This document shows, piece by piece, positions 14,101 to 23,343 of a stretch of DNA of 32,000 bases. Source of the stretch: Geobacter sulfurreducens PCA (GTDB lineage: Bacteria; Desulfobacterota; Desulfuromonadia; Geobacterales; Geobacteraceae); NCBI RefSeq assembly GCF_000007985.2, contig NC_002939.5, positions 2,130,001 to 2,162,000 of the forward strand, written 5' to 3'. The notes below the pieces were generated by a model. It saw only the letters and a program-made list of their open reading frames with translations, made no database searches and was not told where the DNA came from. Each line of letters starts with the position of its first letter. The stretch's first letter is position 1. A program made the translations under genes and the position numbers.

Positions 14101-15449
14101 ATTGAAAACCGATACTTTCCTGAAGCTTCAGGCAGGATGGCTTCGACGGCCGTGACTTCTATCTTTGTCTGTCCGCCAAAAAGCTCCTTGAAGTAGTCAT
14201 GTAGTTCACGCCGTGTAGCATCATTGAACTCAGCGCCGGGCACCACCCTGACAACGAGCGAATCTACAGCCTCCTGCACAAGTTGCATCTGATCGATCCC
14301 CGGAATCTTCGTCAGGGTGTTTTCGATCAATGACACCCCCGCCACTCGCGACCCGTCGCTCTTCACCAGGAAATCGGCCACCCTCCCGGTAACGCTCTCC
14401 ATGAGAGGAAGTCCCCGACCACAACTGCATTTTCTATCTGTCGGCACTCCGACATCCTCAACCCGATAGCGGATAAACGGCATTGCCCGATTCATCAGGT
14501 CGGTCACAACGATAGCACCCGGTTCTCCGGAGGCCGCAGGGCTGCCGTCATCGCGAACGAACTCGATATAAAGGTGCTCGATATTCAGATGCATCCCCTC
14601 GTGCTTCTCACACTCGGAGGCGATCAAGCTGACTTCCTCACACCCGTAGCGGTCCGTCACCTTGATGCCGAACACCGACTCAATGGTCCTGCGTTCATGG
14701 GGCATAAGCATCATCGACGTCGACAGAATTCCAGTCGGACGTATGCCGGAAAGTTTCAGGTCTCTAACGTACTGAGCCAGTACATAGATGGAATGGGCGT
14801 GCCCGAACAACAACGTAGGACGGACCCGCTTCCATTCGTCGGCAAAGCGCACGATCGCCTCTTCCGATATGCACATGGTATCCAGGTAGATCATCGGAGA
14901 AACGAGCCAATCCCTGAGTTTCTGTTTCACACCGTGCGGCAGATAGGGATTACCCCACACGGCTGCAATCGGCTCCCCCGACTTCCAGCCGGTCCAGAGG
15001 TCGTGACGCCGCGCGCAGGAGTTTCTCAACTCACTGCACTCTTCGGTAACATAGATATCGAGCGATTTGCCCGTTGAGCCGCCGGTCTTGAAATTGAGCA
15101 ACTCCCCACGGTCAAATCCGCGGCTGATCATATCGGCTGTATGAGAGCGAATGTCAGCCTTGGTAAGTATCGGAATTTTTGCAATACAGTCATCAGTGTC
15201 CAGCATGCCGGGCGTTACGCCGGCACTCTCGAATCTGGAGCGGTAAAATGCGTTGTTTTCCCAAGCATACCGGAGAAGATCACGCAATCTTCGCCGTTGC
15301 CTTTCACGCAGCACCGTTTCAGGCAGATACTGCGTCTGTTCAAGGGTTATCCAGTAGTCCAGAAATGGACTGCCAGCCCTCAAATAATAGAGAGGCTCGA
15401 ACACAGCACGTCTAAGCCATGACAATCCATTTCCATTTAGCGCCATCAT
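14088..15449 (-). CDS. Second PaaK/CapK-like adenylate-forming enzyme
   Basis: It carries the KTGGSTGKS motif and has family-like length and C-terminal domain. The start is ambiguous between GTG 15461, ATG 15449 and ATG 15446. Confidence 0.8.
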   Translation of the reverse strand: MMALNGNGLSWLRRAVFEPLYYLRAGSPFLDYWITLEQTQYLPETVLRERQRRRLRDLLRYAWENNAFYRSRFESAGVTPGMLDTDDCIAKIPILTKADIRSHTADMISRGFDRGELLNFKTGGSTGKSLDIYVTEECSELRNSCARRHDLWTGWKSGEPIAAVWGNPYLPHGVKQKLRDWLVSPMIYLDTMCISEEAIVRFADEWKRVRPTLLFGHAHSIYVLAQYVRDLKLSGIRPTGILSTSMMLMPHERRTIESVFGIKVTDRYGCEEVSLIASECEKHEGMHLNIEHLYIEFVRDDGSPAASGEPGAIVVTDLMNRAMPFIRYRVEDVGVPTDRKCSCGRGLPLMESVTGRVADFLVKSDGSRVAGVSLIENTLTKIPGIDQMQLVQEAVDSLVVRVVPGAEFNDATRRELHDYFKELFGGQTKIEVTAVEAILPEASGKYRFSICRI

Positions 15450-15485
15450 AGAGCTAGCCACCGCATCAAGTTATCAACCATCCCG

Positions 15486-16109
15486 TTATTGAGTAACCAT
15501 CCTCGCCAACTGTTTATTTATTTTTTTGCCAATTATATCCAAGTGGATATGCATTGCTTCCCTAACAAATCCCATTCTTTCATATGTCTTCTGTGAAACC
15601 AGATTACCGGTTTCAATAATGGCGATCAGCTCTGACTTACCGAGCCCATTCTTGAAGAAATCTATCGATTCCTGAATCAAAGCCCTTCCCACGCCAGACT
15701 TGCGCCATTCGGGAATCGTATAGCTGTCATAATAAAAAACCTGATTATCCTTTATGGGAACTTCGAAACCAAAACGTCGTTCAACGTGAACCGGCCCTTC
15801 TTGCCCCCACAAATACGCGACGGGATCATTGTTGACATATGCCACAAAACCATAATGGCCCATCTGGAATCTTTCGCCAAAAATGTCCGGTTTGTCCTGA
15901 ACCCTGATCAAATCCCCCATTGAATCACTCTTAACCTGCACGACTTTCAGGTTCCCAACTGACAACTGCTTCCGGACCAGTTTGTCAAACGGTAGACGGT
16001 AGACGTAATACACACATACCGCTCGAACACCCGGAAACCGTGAGATCAGCGCGAGGACGATACCCTGAATCCCGTTTTCCCTGTATTTCTCAAGAATCCT
16101 ACTAAGCAC
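15486..16109 (-). CDS. GNAT-family N-acetyltransferase
   Basis: WRKSGVGRALIQ is a motif-A-like segment. The track start, TTG 16136, has no RBS. GTG 16109 has AGGA 8 nt upstream and overlaps the upstream stop by a few nt. Confidence 0.75.
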   Translation of the reverse strand: MLSRILEKYRENGIQGIVLALISRFPGVRAVCVYYVYRLPFDKLVRKQLSVGNLKVVQVKSDSMGDLIRVQDKPDIFGERFQMGHYGFVAYVNNDPVAYLWGQEGPVHVERRFGFEVPIKDNQVFYYDSYTIPEWRKSGVGRALIQESIDFFKNGLGKSELIAIIETGNLVSQKTYERMGFVREAMHIHLDIIGKKINKQLARMVTQ

Positions 16110-17202
16110 GCAGATATTCCTTTTCGTGGGACTCAATCATCGTTGCCCGGTCAAAGCGGGTTATCATCTGTTTCGCATTGGCGGCAAACAGGTTCCTCGT
16201 CCGGTCATCTGCAATAAGCTTGAGAATGCAGTCGGCCAGGGCATTCACATCTCCGGCTTCGTACAGAAAACCGGTCTCTCCGTCGTCCACCAATTCCGGA
16301 TTGCCTCCGACCTTTGAAGCTACGACCGGCAAGCCGGCGTCGAGATATTCCATCAGTGTATTGGAGAACCCCTCAGAGGCTGAGGTCAGCACCCCGATAT
16401 CAAATCTTTCCAAAGCTCCCCGTGGCTCAGATACGGGACCGGTAAAATGGAAATCCGCTTCAAGGTGATGCCGTTTCAGCAACTCTCGGAGAGAGTCTGT
16501 GTAACCGTCACTCTGCAGATGCCCGACGACATAGTACTGAGGATGGTAGCCATGCTCGACGATCAGGCTCGCCGCCCTGATGAGATCTTCTACACGCTTG
16601 ACGGGCCGCACGTTGGCGACGAGGATGATGTTGATGTTCTTTCCTTTCTCCGGAGCCCAGTCACAGGAGCAGGACGAAGGGTCGACATTGAAGCGATTCA
16701 TGCCGTTGTATATCACCCGTATCGACTCCTTGGCCTTCCATTCCTGCTCGAACGTAAACTTCGCCACCGCAATGCTATTGCAGATCAACCGGATGCTTGA
16801 AAACCTGAAAAGTCTTAAAAACAGCAACTTGGCCGGGGAATACCATATCCCCATGTCTCTTCGCGAGGTGAAAGTCTTTACGTTTGAACCCAGCATCAAC
16901 GGCGGTAATGACAGGGCAACATCATTGAAAAAACCATGCAGAACATCAACGTTATCGGCGATGATCCGCTTTCTGAACTGAATCAGTCGAATAAGCCCGC
17001 CTGGCGACAGAACCGACTCAACATTCAAGCAATGAACCGGGCAGGGAAAATCCGGCAGATTTTTAGTAAATTCCGTATCTCTGAACACATAAAGATCAAC
17101 AGTATGTCCACGGGACACCATACCCTCTATGAGCATATAGAGCTGTCGTTCAGTCCCTCCGTTTACGCTGTACAAGTAATCTATAACATACGCAATTTTC
17201 AT
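16102..17202 (-). CDS. GT4-family glycosyltransferase
   Basis: The N-terminus reads MKIAYVIDYLYSVNGGTERQ. The C-terminal half contains EGFSNTLMEYLDAGLPVVASKVGGNPELV, the EX7E region. Confidence 0.85.
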   Translation of the reverse strand: MKIAYVIDYLYSVNGGTERQLYMLIEGMVSRGHTVDLYVFRDTEFTKNLPDFPCPVHCLNVESVLSPGGLIRLIQFRKRIIADNVDVLHGFFNDVALSLPPLMLGSNVKTFTSRRDMGIWYSPAKLLFLRLFRFSSIRLICNSIAVAKFTFEQEWKAKESIRVIYNGMNRFNVDPSSCSCDWAPEKGKNINIILVANVRPVKRVEDLIRAASLIVEHGYHPQYYVVGHLQSDGYTDSLRELLKRHHLEADFHFTGPVSEPRGALERFDIGVLTSASEGFSNTLMEYLDAGLPVVASKVGGNPELVDDGETGFLYEAGDVNALADCILKLIADDRTRNLFAANAKQMITRFDRATMIESHEKEYLRA

Positions 17203-17225
17203 CGTATCAACTCTATCAATCTATA

Positions 17226-18206
17226 TTACACCCATCGTGAGATGAGTGCTTTAAAACTGGTAATAGTTTCGAATCGTCCGACGCCAACTCTCGGAATCTC
17301 CATCATGCTCACCTCTCCCGACCATAAGCCTGATGCAGTTGTGACAGCGGTTTCAAATCCAGACTGTTGAACAATGCCGCGTACAACCTGATTAACGTTG
17401 CCGTTGGGGTAGGCAAAATGTCGAGGATGCGTTCCCGTGATACGCGTGAGCAGGTCGCTTGAAAGACGTAGCGTCTCGCCCGCCTCACGGGGGCTGATCC
17501 GATCGAGCAGTTCATGACCGTGGGTATGACAGCCAATAGTGACGCAACTCGATGCAGAAAGCAGCCGTAACTCCTCCTCGGTCAACATCTTCAAGGGCGA
17601 GTCCGACAAGCTGAGGTCGGCGGCAATTTCGCTTGCCGTCGCGTCCCGCTCTGCCGCCGGCATGAGCTTCATGCGGCTCAGGAGCCTCTGCACATGCACC
17701 CAGCGACCATCTTCTCCGGAAGAAGGGATTGTGTAGCTCTCCGGGGTGCCATTCACCTTCACCGTTACCCGTATCTCCCTATTGACGGCCAGTGCGCTTA
17801 TGACCCGGTCGTACCAGTAGAGATCATTCTCGACGATTGCCCTGGTTGCCGCATAAACGGTAAAGGGAAGCCCCATCCGCTCCATTATCGGCAACACGGT
17901 ACGCGCATTCCCTTGGTAGCCGTCATCAAACGTCACAACGGCAAATGGCCGCGTTGACGCAGCCTTTCCGGAAACCCGGTCCACGGCCTCGTCAAGAGAC
18001 ACGACATCGAAATGCGTTGCCAAGCATTGCATTTGCCGATGGAAATCAGACTCCCGGACGACCGTCCACGCGGGCAAGGCAATATCGTCAGGCAACACCT
18101 CGTGGTACATCAGCACGAGCCCTGATGCCGGGGGAAAGCGGCGGATAGCCGCGGCAGCGACGGCATCAGGGAAAAAGTGTCTGCTTATCCGAGTCTTAAT
18201 TCCCAC
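17226..18206 (-). CDS. Polysaccharide deacetylase (NodB homology, CE4)
   Basis: It carries the VVTFDDGYQGN and HTHGHELL motifs. The start is GTG at 18206 and overlaps the upstream gene. Confidence 0.85.
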   Translation of the reverse strand: MGIKTRISRHFFPDAVAAAAIRRFPPASGLVLMYHEVLPDDIALPAWTVVRESDFHRQMQCLATHFDVVSLDEAVDRVSGKAASTRPFAVVTFDDGYQGNARTVLPIMERMGLPFTVYAATRAIVENDLYWYDRVISALAVNREIRVTVKVNGTPESYTIPSSGEDGRWVHVQRLLSRMKLMPAAERDATASEIAADLSLSDSPLKMLTEEELRLLSASSCVTIGCHTHGHELLDRISPREAGETLRLSSDLLTRITGTHPRHFAYPNGNVNQVVRGIVQQSGFETAVTTASGLWSGEVSMMEIPRVGVGRFETITSFKALISRWV

Positions 18207-19257
18207 GAGACATCAACCCCATTGCCCGCTTGACGTAACCTCTGGATTCCTCCACGGCGCTGAACACACGGGAGCGCCACGTGCTTCGATTGAGTACGCA
18301 GCGATAGAGTATCCTCGAATCGTTGGTCCAGATGCCTTTATAGGTTTCATCTCCCTGGAGGAAGTTGAATTCCGTCAGTCCGTTGACGCAACAGGCTTCA
18401 ATCACGAGATAGAGCAGCACCGTCCCCGGGCTGAGGTGGCCATGGTCCGGGTCGTGGGCCACCTGGTAGTAGAAAAAGCGATTGCAGAACTCGAAGCCGT
18501 AGATCACAGCTATCATCTGCCCATTGAGCCTGAGTCCGAAAAACCTCACATTATCCGACGCAGCAACAAGGGCTCGGTGGAGCGATTGCACCCTCGGTCC
18601 AGTGAAGCTGCTGTCCAGCGACCTTTCGCTCGCCCTTTTCTCATGCAGGAAAAACAAGGCGTCCAGATACGCTATGTTCGATTCCGGCCCCGAAGAAGCA
18701 GCAAGCTCTCCACCGGCATCAAGGAGCTTTTTCACCATCGCTCTCAGGTTGTAGCGCTTTTTCTTCTTGAACTCTCCCAGCAGCTCGGAAAAGTCCCGTG
18801 GCAGCACTTTAAACGGCGCCACTGAAACCGGCTTGCCGGGCAGAGTCCAATCAGCCGGTTCGTCCTCCAGCAGAAAGTCCAGTATCAATCGGTCCCAATC
18901 GGGGGCATTGAGTAGATGGTTTCTCAGGGCAGCGGCACAATCGGCCCGATCGGCAGGCGAACAGATCAGGCCAAGCGGATCGGGATAAAAATCCGAGCCC
19001 AGGTAGTGCAGGTCGGTACCTCCGAGGGCGTTGCGCTTTCTGACCAGGGGGAGCACCCCCCGGATGTCGTCGGCATCTTTGGCCAGAAGGATATACGCTT
19101 CGTCCCCCGGGCACAGATTCTCCGCCGCAACCTTTAACCAGTCACCGCTGCAAAAGAAGCTGGGGTAGACCATGGTCCGGGCAATGGCGCTACAGTGCGC
19201 CCACACCTCATGCGGATTGCTCCCGTCGAAACGTTCTACGGTAAAAGCCGGTTTCAT
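18196..19257 (-). CDS. FemAB/CelD(BcsL)-like GNAT acyltransferase
   Basis: The C-terminal region reads RFFGLRLNGQMIAVIYGFEFCNRFFYYQVAHDPDHGHLSPGTVLLYLVIE...FNFLQGDETYK. The start is either ATG 19257 or GTG 19284. Confidence 0.7.
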   Translation of the reverse strand: MKPAFTVERFDGSNPHEVWAHCSAIARTMVYPSFFCSGDWLKVAAENLCPGDEAYILLAKDADDIRGVLPLVRKRNALGGTDLHYLGSDFYPDPLGLICSPADRADCAAALRNHLLNAPDWDRLILDFLLEDEPADWTLPGKPVSVAPFKVLPRDFSELLGEFKKKKRYNLRAMVKKLLDAGGELAASSGPESNIAYLDALFFLHEKRASERSLDSSFTGPRVQSLHRALVAASDNVRFFGLRLNGQMIAVIYGFEFCNRFFYYQVAHDPDHGHLSPGTVLLYLVIEACCVNGLTEFNFLQGDETYKGIWTNDSRILYRCVLNRSTWRSRVFSAVEESRGYVKRAMGLMSRGN

Positions 19258-19290
19258 ATGATTCTGTCCGGCGTGCTGTTGCACAGAGAA

Positions 19291-19878
19291 TTACGCCACA
19301 TCGTCTGCCACCGTATTCACCACATACTCACCGGAACCCTTGGTGGAAACCACTTCGCCGGGGATCCCCACCACCACGCCGTGGTCGGGAACCGGCTTCG
19401 TCACCACGCAGTTCGCGCCGACGGCCGCGTGGCTGCCGAGGGTGATGCCTCCGATGATCTTGCTGCCGGGGCCCAGGTAGACGTTGTTCATGATGACGGG
19501 GGTACCGGGATATTTCCCGCCATAGGTGGCGCCGACGGTCACTTCCTGATTAATATTGCAGTTACGGCCGATCGTTGCCTCGGCATTGACGATGATGCCG
19601 CCAAAATGCCCGATGTAGAGCCCGGGGCCGATGTCGGTGTTGTACGGAATGCTGATGCCGTACTTGTACTGGTAGTGGTTCAGCAGAAAACGGGAGAGCG
19701 CGTAGAGAGGCAGCAGGAGCGTGCCCCGGCTTTTCAGGTATTTTGCCGTGCGCATGAGAAACGTGTACCTGAAACCGGGAATGCAGGCGAGGCTCTTCAG
19801 GAACGCGGCCCTGTCGCGCCGGCCGCCGTAGCGGTAGAGATCGGCTGAAACCGTATATGTGTAGTCAGACCATTTCAT
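19291..19878 (-). CDS. Hexapeptide-repeat (left-handed beta-helix) O-acetyltransferase, serine acetyltransferase/WcaB-like
   Basis: IGPGLYIGHFGGIIVNAEATIGRNCNINQEVTVG are hexapeptide repeats, and the N-terminal helical region is typical of this family. Confidence 0.8.
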   Translation of the reverse strand: MKWSDYTYTVSADLYRYGGRRDRAAFLKSLACIPGFRYTFLMRTAKYLKSRGTLLLPLYALSRFLLNHYQYKYGISIPYNTDIGPGLYIGHFGGIIVNAEATIGRNCNINQEVTVGATYGGKYPGTPVIMNNVYLGPGSKIIGGITLGSHAAVGANCVVTKPVPDHGVVVGIPGEVVSTKGSGEYVVNTVADDVA

Positions 19879-19893
19879 GACTGTTGCCTTTTC

Positions 19894-20781
19894 CTACATG
19901 TTGAGGAAGTTCTTCACCAGCCCCACGTAGGCTCCGATTTCGGCCGGGTTCTTGGCCAACGCGTTCAGAAAGAAACCGTTGGACCGTTTGCGGTCGATCT
20001 TCCGGAACTGATTGCCCCGCCGGCAGTAGGAATAGGCCATGGCCTTCCTGACCACGCTGTCAGGAACGATGCCGGGGTTTTCTTCGAGAAAGCGGTCGAA
20101 AATCAGATCCGCGCACCGAACGCTCCGCTCCACATTGGAGGTCAGCTGCCCCGGGTGACCGATCCGGTAGATGAGCAGGTACTCGTCCACAAAGTCGAAT
20201 TCGTACTCCCGGGATATCCGCAGCCACAGGTCCCAATCGAGGCCGTTCTTGTATTCGGGGTTGAACATCCCGAATTTGTCGAAACACTCCTTGCGCACCA
20301 CGGTGGATGAGTAGGGAATGAAGTTTTCGAACAGGAGGGCATCTGTCACGCGGCCGGAACGGGGGGTGTAGTATTTGCCCTCCAGTTGCATATCAAGGGT
20401 ACACCCCTCCGCGTCCATGAATCTGATGCGGCTGTAGACCACGCCGATGGAATCGCGGTTGAACAGGCGGACCTGTTTCTCAAGCTTGGTGGGCTCCCAC
20501 AGATCGTCCGCGTCCAGAAAGGCAATCAACTCTCCGGCGGCGGCCGCAATACCGTTGTTGGTGGCAATGGCTTGGCCGGTGTTCTTCTGGTTGATGTATC
20601 TGACTTTGTCATTATCGAGGAACCTGGAGATAACCTCGTCGGTGTTATCGGTGGAGCCGTCGTTGATGATCACCAGTTCGAAGTCCTGATAGGTCTGGTT
20701 GAGAATGGACGCCAGGCACCCTTCCAGATACGTGGCGTAATTGTAACAAGTAACAATGACGCTGACTTTTGGCTGTTTCAT
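19894..20781 (-). CDS. GT2-family glycosyltransferase
   Basis: The start is ATG 20781, with AGGA 5 nt upstream; the track start is TTG. It carries VSVIVTCYNYATYLEGCLASILNQTYQDFELVIINDGSTDNT and a DADD motif. Confidence 0.85.
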   Translation of the reverse strand: MKQPKVSVIVTCYNYATYLEGCLASILNQTYQDFELVIINDGSTDNTDEVISRFLDNDKVRYINQKNTGQAIATNNGIAAAAGELIAFLDADDLWEPTKLEKQVRLFNRDSIGVVYSRIRFMDAEGCTLDMQLEGKYYTPRSGRVTDALLFENFIPYSSTVVRKECFDKFGMFNPEYKNGLDWDLWLRISREYEFDFVDEYLLIYRIGHPGQLTSNVERSVRCADLIFDRFLEENPGIVPDSVVRKAMAYSYCRRGNQFRKIDRKRSNGFFLNALAKNPAEIGAYVGLVKNFLNM

Positions 20782-20814
20782 GCCGTTCCTGCCTTTCCGA
20801 TTCAAACTGGGCTG

Positions 20815-21753
20815 CTATTTCCCGCCACTGGTGAGGGCCATGACCGCAAGCTTTGCCATCGCCTTGTAGGTCCCCAAACAGGCGGGCCTCAGACTCAATG
20901 AAGCCCGGTATTCGGCCAGCGCCTCGCCATAGCGGGCGTTTTCCCGGTAATGATACGCGAGGGCTCCGTGCAGGCCAGCCACCTTGTCAATCAGCCGCTG
21001 CTGGGCTTTGGACGATTTCGGTGCGCTGAGATGCCCACCAAAGACCCTGAGGCTTCTGGTGAGGATCTTCTCCGCCTTGGAGGTCATGTTGCCGTCGTGC
21101 AGGCGACGGTGATGCCCGATCCTGTTGATGAAGCCAAGGGCATGCGTGCGCGCCACCCGCAGGGTAAAATCGATGTCTTCGCTGACTTCCAGGGTTTCGT
21201 CGAAGGGGCCAGCCTCGTTGAACAGGCTCTTTCTGAACATCATGGCGGAGCCGCCGATGAAATTCTCCACCAGAAGAGTCTCGTAGGCAGCGGTGCTGCT
21301 GATCACATAGGCATCTTCGCCGACCTTCTGTTTAGGCAGGCTGTTGAAGATCGGACAGGTGGTGATGTGGCTGGCCAGGACCTCGGCGCCGCGGAAATCA
21401 CAAAAATCGGTGAACACGAAATCCACATCGGGGTTGCGGTCGAGAAAGTCCATCTGGCTTCTGACCTTGCCGGGCTTCATGATGTCGTCGGAGTCGAACA
21501 TGGCAATGTATTCGCCGGTTGCATGGCGAATGCCGACATTGCGCGGCTTTGAGCAGCCGCCGCTGTTTTCCTGCCACAGGTAGACGATACCCCGGCCATA
21601 GCCTTCAACAACATCCCGCGTGTTGTCGGTGGAGCCGTCGTCAACGACAATCAACTCGAACGGCTCGCAGTCCTGGCTGAAAATGCTGTCCAGCGTCTCC
21701 GGCAGAAGGTGGGCGTTGTTGTAGGCCGGTATGATGATGCTCAGTTTAGGCAT
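20815..21753 (-). CDS. GT2-family glycosyltransferase with helical C-terminal extension
   Basis: The start is ATG 21753 with GAGG 6 nt upstream. It carries LSIIIPAYNNAHLLPETLDSIFSQDCEPFELIVVDDGSTDNT and a DSDD motif. Confidence 0.85.
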   Translation of the reverse strand: MPKLSIIIPAYNNAHLLPETLDSIFSQDCEPFELIVVDDGSTDNTRDVVEGYGRGIVYLWQENSGGCSKPRNVGIRHATGEYIAMFDSDDIMKPGKVRSQMDFLDRNPDVDFVFTDFCDFRGAEVLASHITTCPIFNSLPKQKVGEDAYVISSTAAYETLLVENFIGGSAMMFRKSLFNEAGPFDETLEVSEDIDFTLRVARTHALGFINRIGHHRRLHDGNMTSKAEKILTRSLRVFGGHLSAPKSSKAQQRLIDKVAGLHGALAYHYRENARYGEALAEYRASLSLRPACLGTYKAMAKLAVMALTSGGK

Positions 21754-23302
21754 TATTGACCTCATGCTGGCCAGGCAGCAGCTTTTTCCCTCTCAGGAGG
21801 GGAATAACGGCCAGAAACATCATGGATGCGAGCATGTTGAAGAAGAGCGAAACCACCAGCCCCTCCTTCATCCTGAACAAGTGGATCAGTTTGCCGGATT
21901 TCCACTCTCCCAGAGGGGTGCCCTGCAGAAAGCCGGTCACTCCGGGCAGCAGGTATTCCCGGGCATAGACCGCCGGACCGAAATGCTCATAGCGGTTGCC
22001 GTCCAGCAGAGCAAAGATAATGACGGCTCCGCCCACCATGACCCCAATACGGCGGTATTCAAGGGGAATTCGGTAAAGACACTGGGATCTATGGAATATC
22101 CATACTAGGGTGACCGCTTCGATGATCAGCGCCGAATAGGCCGCGCCCGACAACCCCCACAGGGAGATCAGCGTAAAGGCGAGAGCTATCTTGACCGGGG
22201 TGAGCACCGACTTAACATAGGTAAAAACCTTGGTTTCCTTGCGGTAGAGGATTCCGAACGACAGGAACGTGGTACATCCCGTGAGGATGGTGGTGACGAT
22301 TTCCACCTGGGCGATCCGCTTGGCTGACCAGAACGACTGAGGTGTCATCAGTTCCAGAATGTCCTGCATGACCACGGCCAGGACGAGCCCGGCAAAAATC
22401 ATGAAGAACAGGTAGCGGGTAAACATCTCGCCCATGACACGGGGCGCGTCTTCCTGCTCGGCGATTTCGATGCTCTTGGTGCGCCAGCTTCTGCCAAAGG
22501 GGATATTGATCAGCAGGTTCAGCAACGGCGCGAACTTATAAGCCATCTCCAGGACGCCCATCCCTTCGAGTCCGATCAGAAACCGGACCAGAACCCGCTC
22601 GGCCTGACGCCCGAGAAAACCGACCAGTTCACCGGGAAGCAGGGGTAATTGGAACCTGAGCAGGCTCCCGGCAATCTGTCGGTCAAAGCCGAAACCGTGG
22701 TCTCTCAGGGCCACCACATGGAATATCAGAGTGCTCACGGCGGCGGACACCAGGGAAGAGATGAATACCCCGATAAGACCGACCTGAAGGATGACCACCA
22801 GCCAGATGTTGAGGGAGAGGCCAAGAAAGAGACGCACGAGACCGACCGCGGAAAAGAGCAGCGATTTCTGCCGGATAATCAGAAAGGTACTGGCACTCTG
22901 ACCGGCCACGTCGATGACGAACGTTACCAGCGCGAGACAGACAAGGGGGTAGTACTCGGCACTGCCCAGGGCGAACCGGCTGATGGGTGAGCTGAAGAGG
23001 ATGGGCAGCACTACGGTCAAGGCGCTCAAGCCCCACACCAGGCGAACTCCGGTGCCGAGGGCCAGTTCCTTGCGATGGACCTCCTGCTCGTGGTAGATGC
23101 GCAGGATGGCCATCTGGAAGCCGCCGGTGAACAGGACCGTCAGGATGCCGAGGCTGGCATCGATCATGCCGATAACGCCGTATCCCTTTGTCTGGAAGAT
23201 GTGCGCATAGAAGGGCAGCATCAGGAAGCTGGCAAGCTTTCCGACTATGGTCGCCGCACTGTAGATGGCGGTATGTTTGAATATCTGGCGACCCAGGCCC
23301 AT
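21746..23302 (-). CDS. Wzx-like oligosaccharide flippase (PST/MOP superfamily)
   Basis: It is a 518-aa polytopic membrane protein. The N-terminus FKHTAIYSAATIVGKLASFLMLPFYAHIF is typical of polysaccharide biosynthesis (PST) proteins. Confidence 0.8.
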   Translation of the reverse strand: MGLGRQIFKHTAIYSAATIVGKLASFLMLPFYAHIFQTKGYGVIGMIDASLGILTVLFTGGFQMAILRIYHEQEVHRKELALGTGVRLVWGLSALTVVLPILFSSPISRFALGSAEYYPLVCLALVTFVIDVAGQSASTFLIIRQKSLLFSAVGLVRLFLGLSLNIWLVVILQVGLIGVFISSLVSAAVSTLIFHVVALRDHGFGFDRQIAGSLLRFQLPLLPGELVGFLGRQAERVLVRFLIGLEGMGVLEMAYKFAPLLNLLINIPFGRSWRTKSIEIAEQEDAPRVMGEMFTRYLFFMIFAGLVLAVVMQDILELMTPQSFWSAKRIAQVEIVTTILTGCTTFLSFGILYRKETKVFTYVKSVLTPVKIALAFTLISLWGLSGAAYSALIIEAVTLVWIFHRSQCLYRIPLEYRRIGVMVGGAVIIFALLDGNRYEHFGPAVYAREYLLPGVTGFLQGTPLGEWKSGKLIHLFRMKEGLVVSLFFNMLASMMFLAVIPLLRGKKLLPGQHEVNNA

Positions 23303-23343
23303 GCCTCAATCTCCGTCCCGGCCGGCAGGCAATGCGCCCGGCA

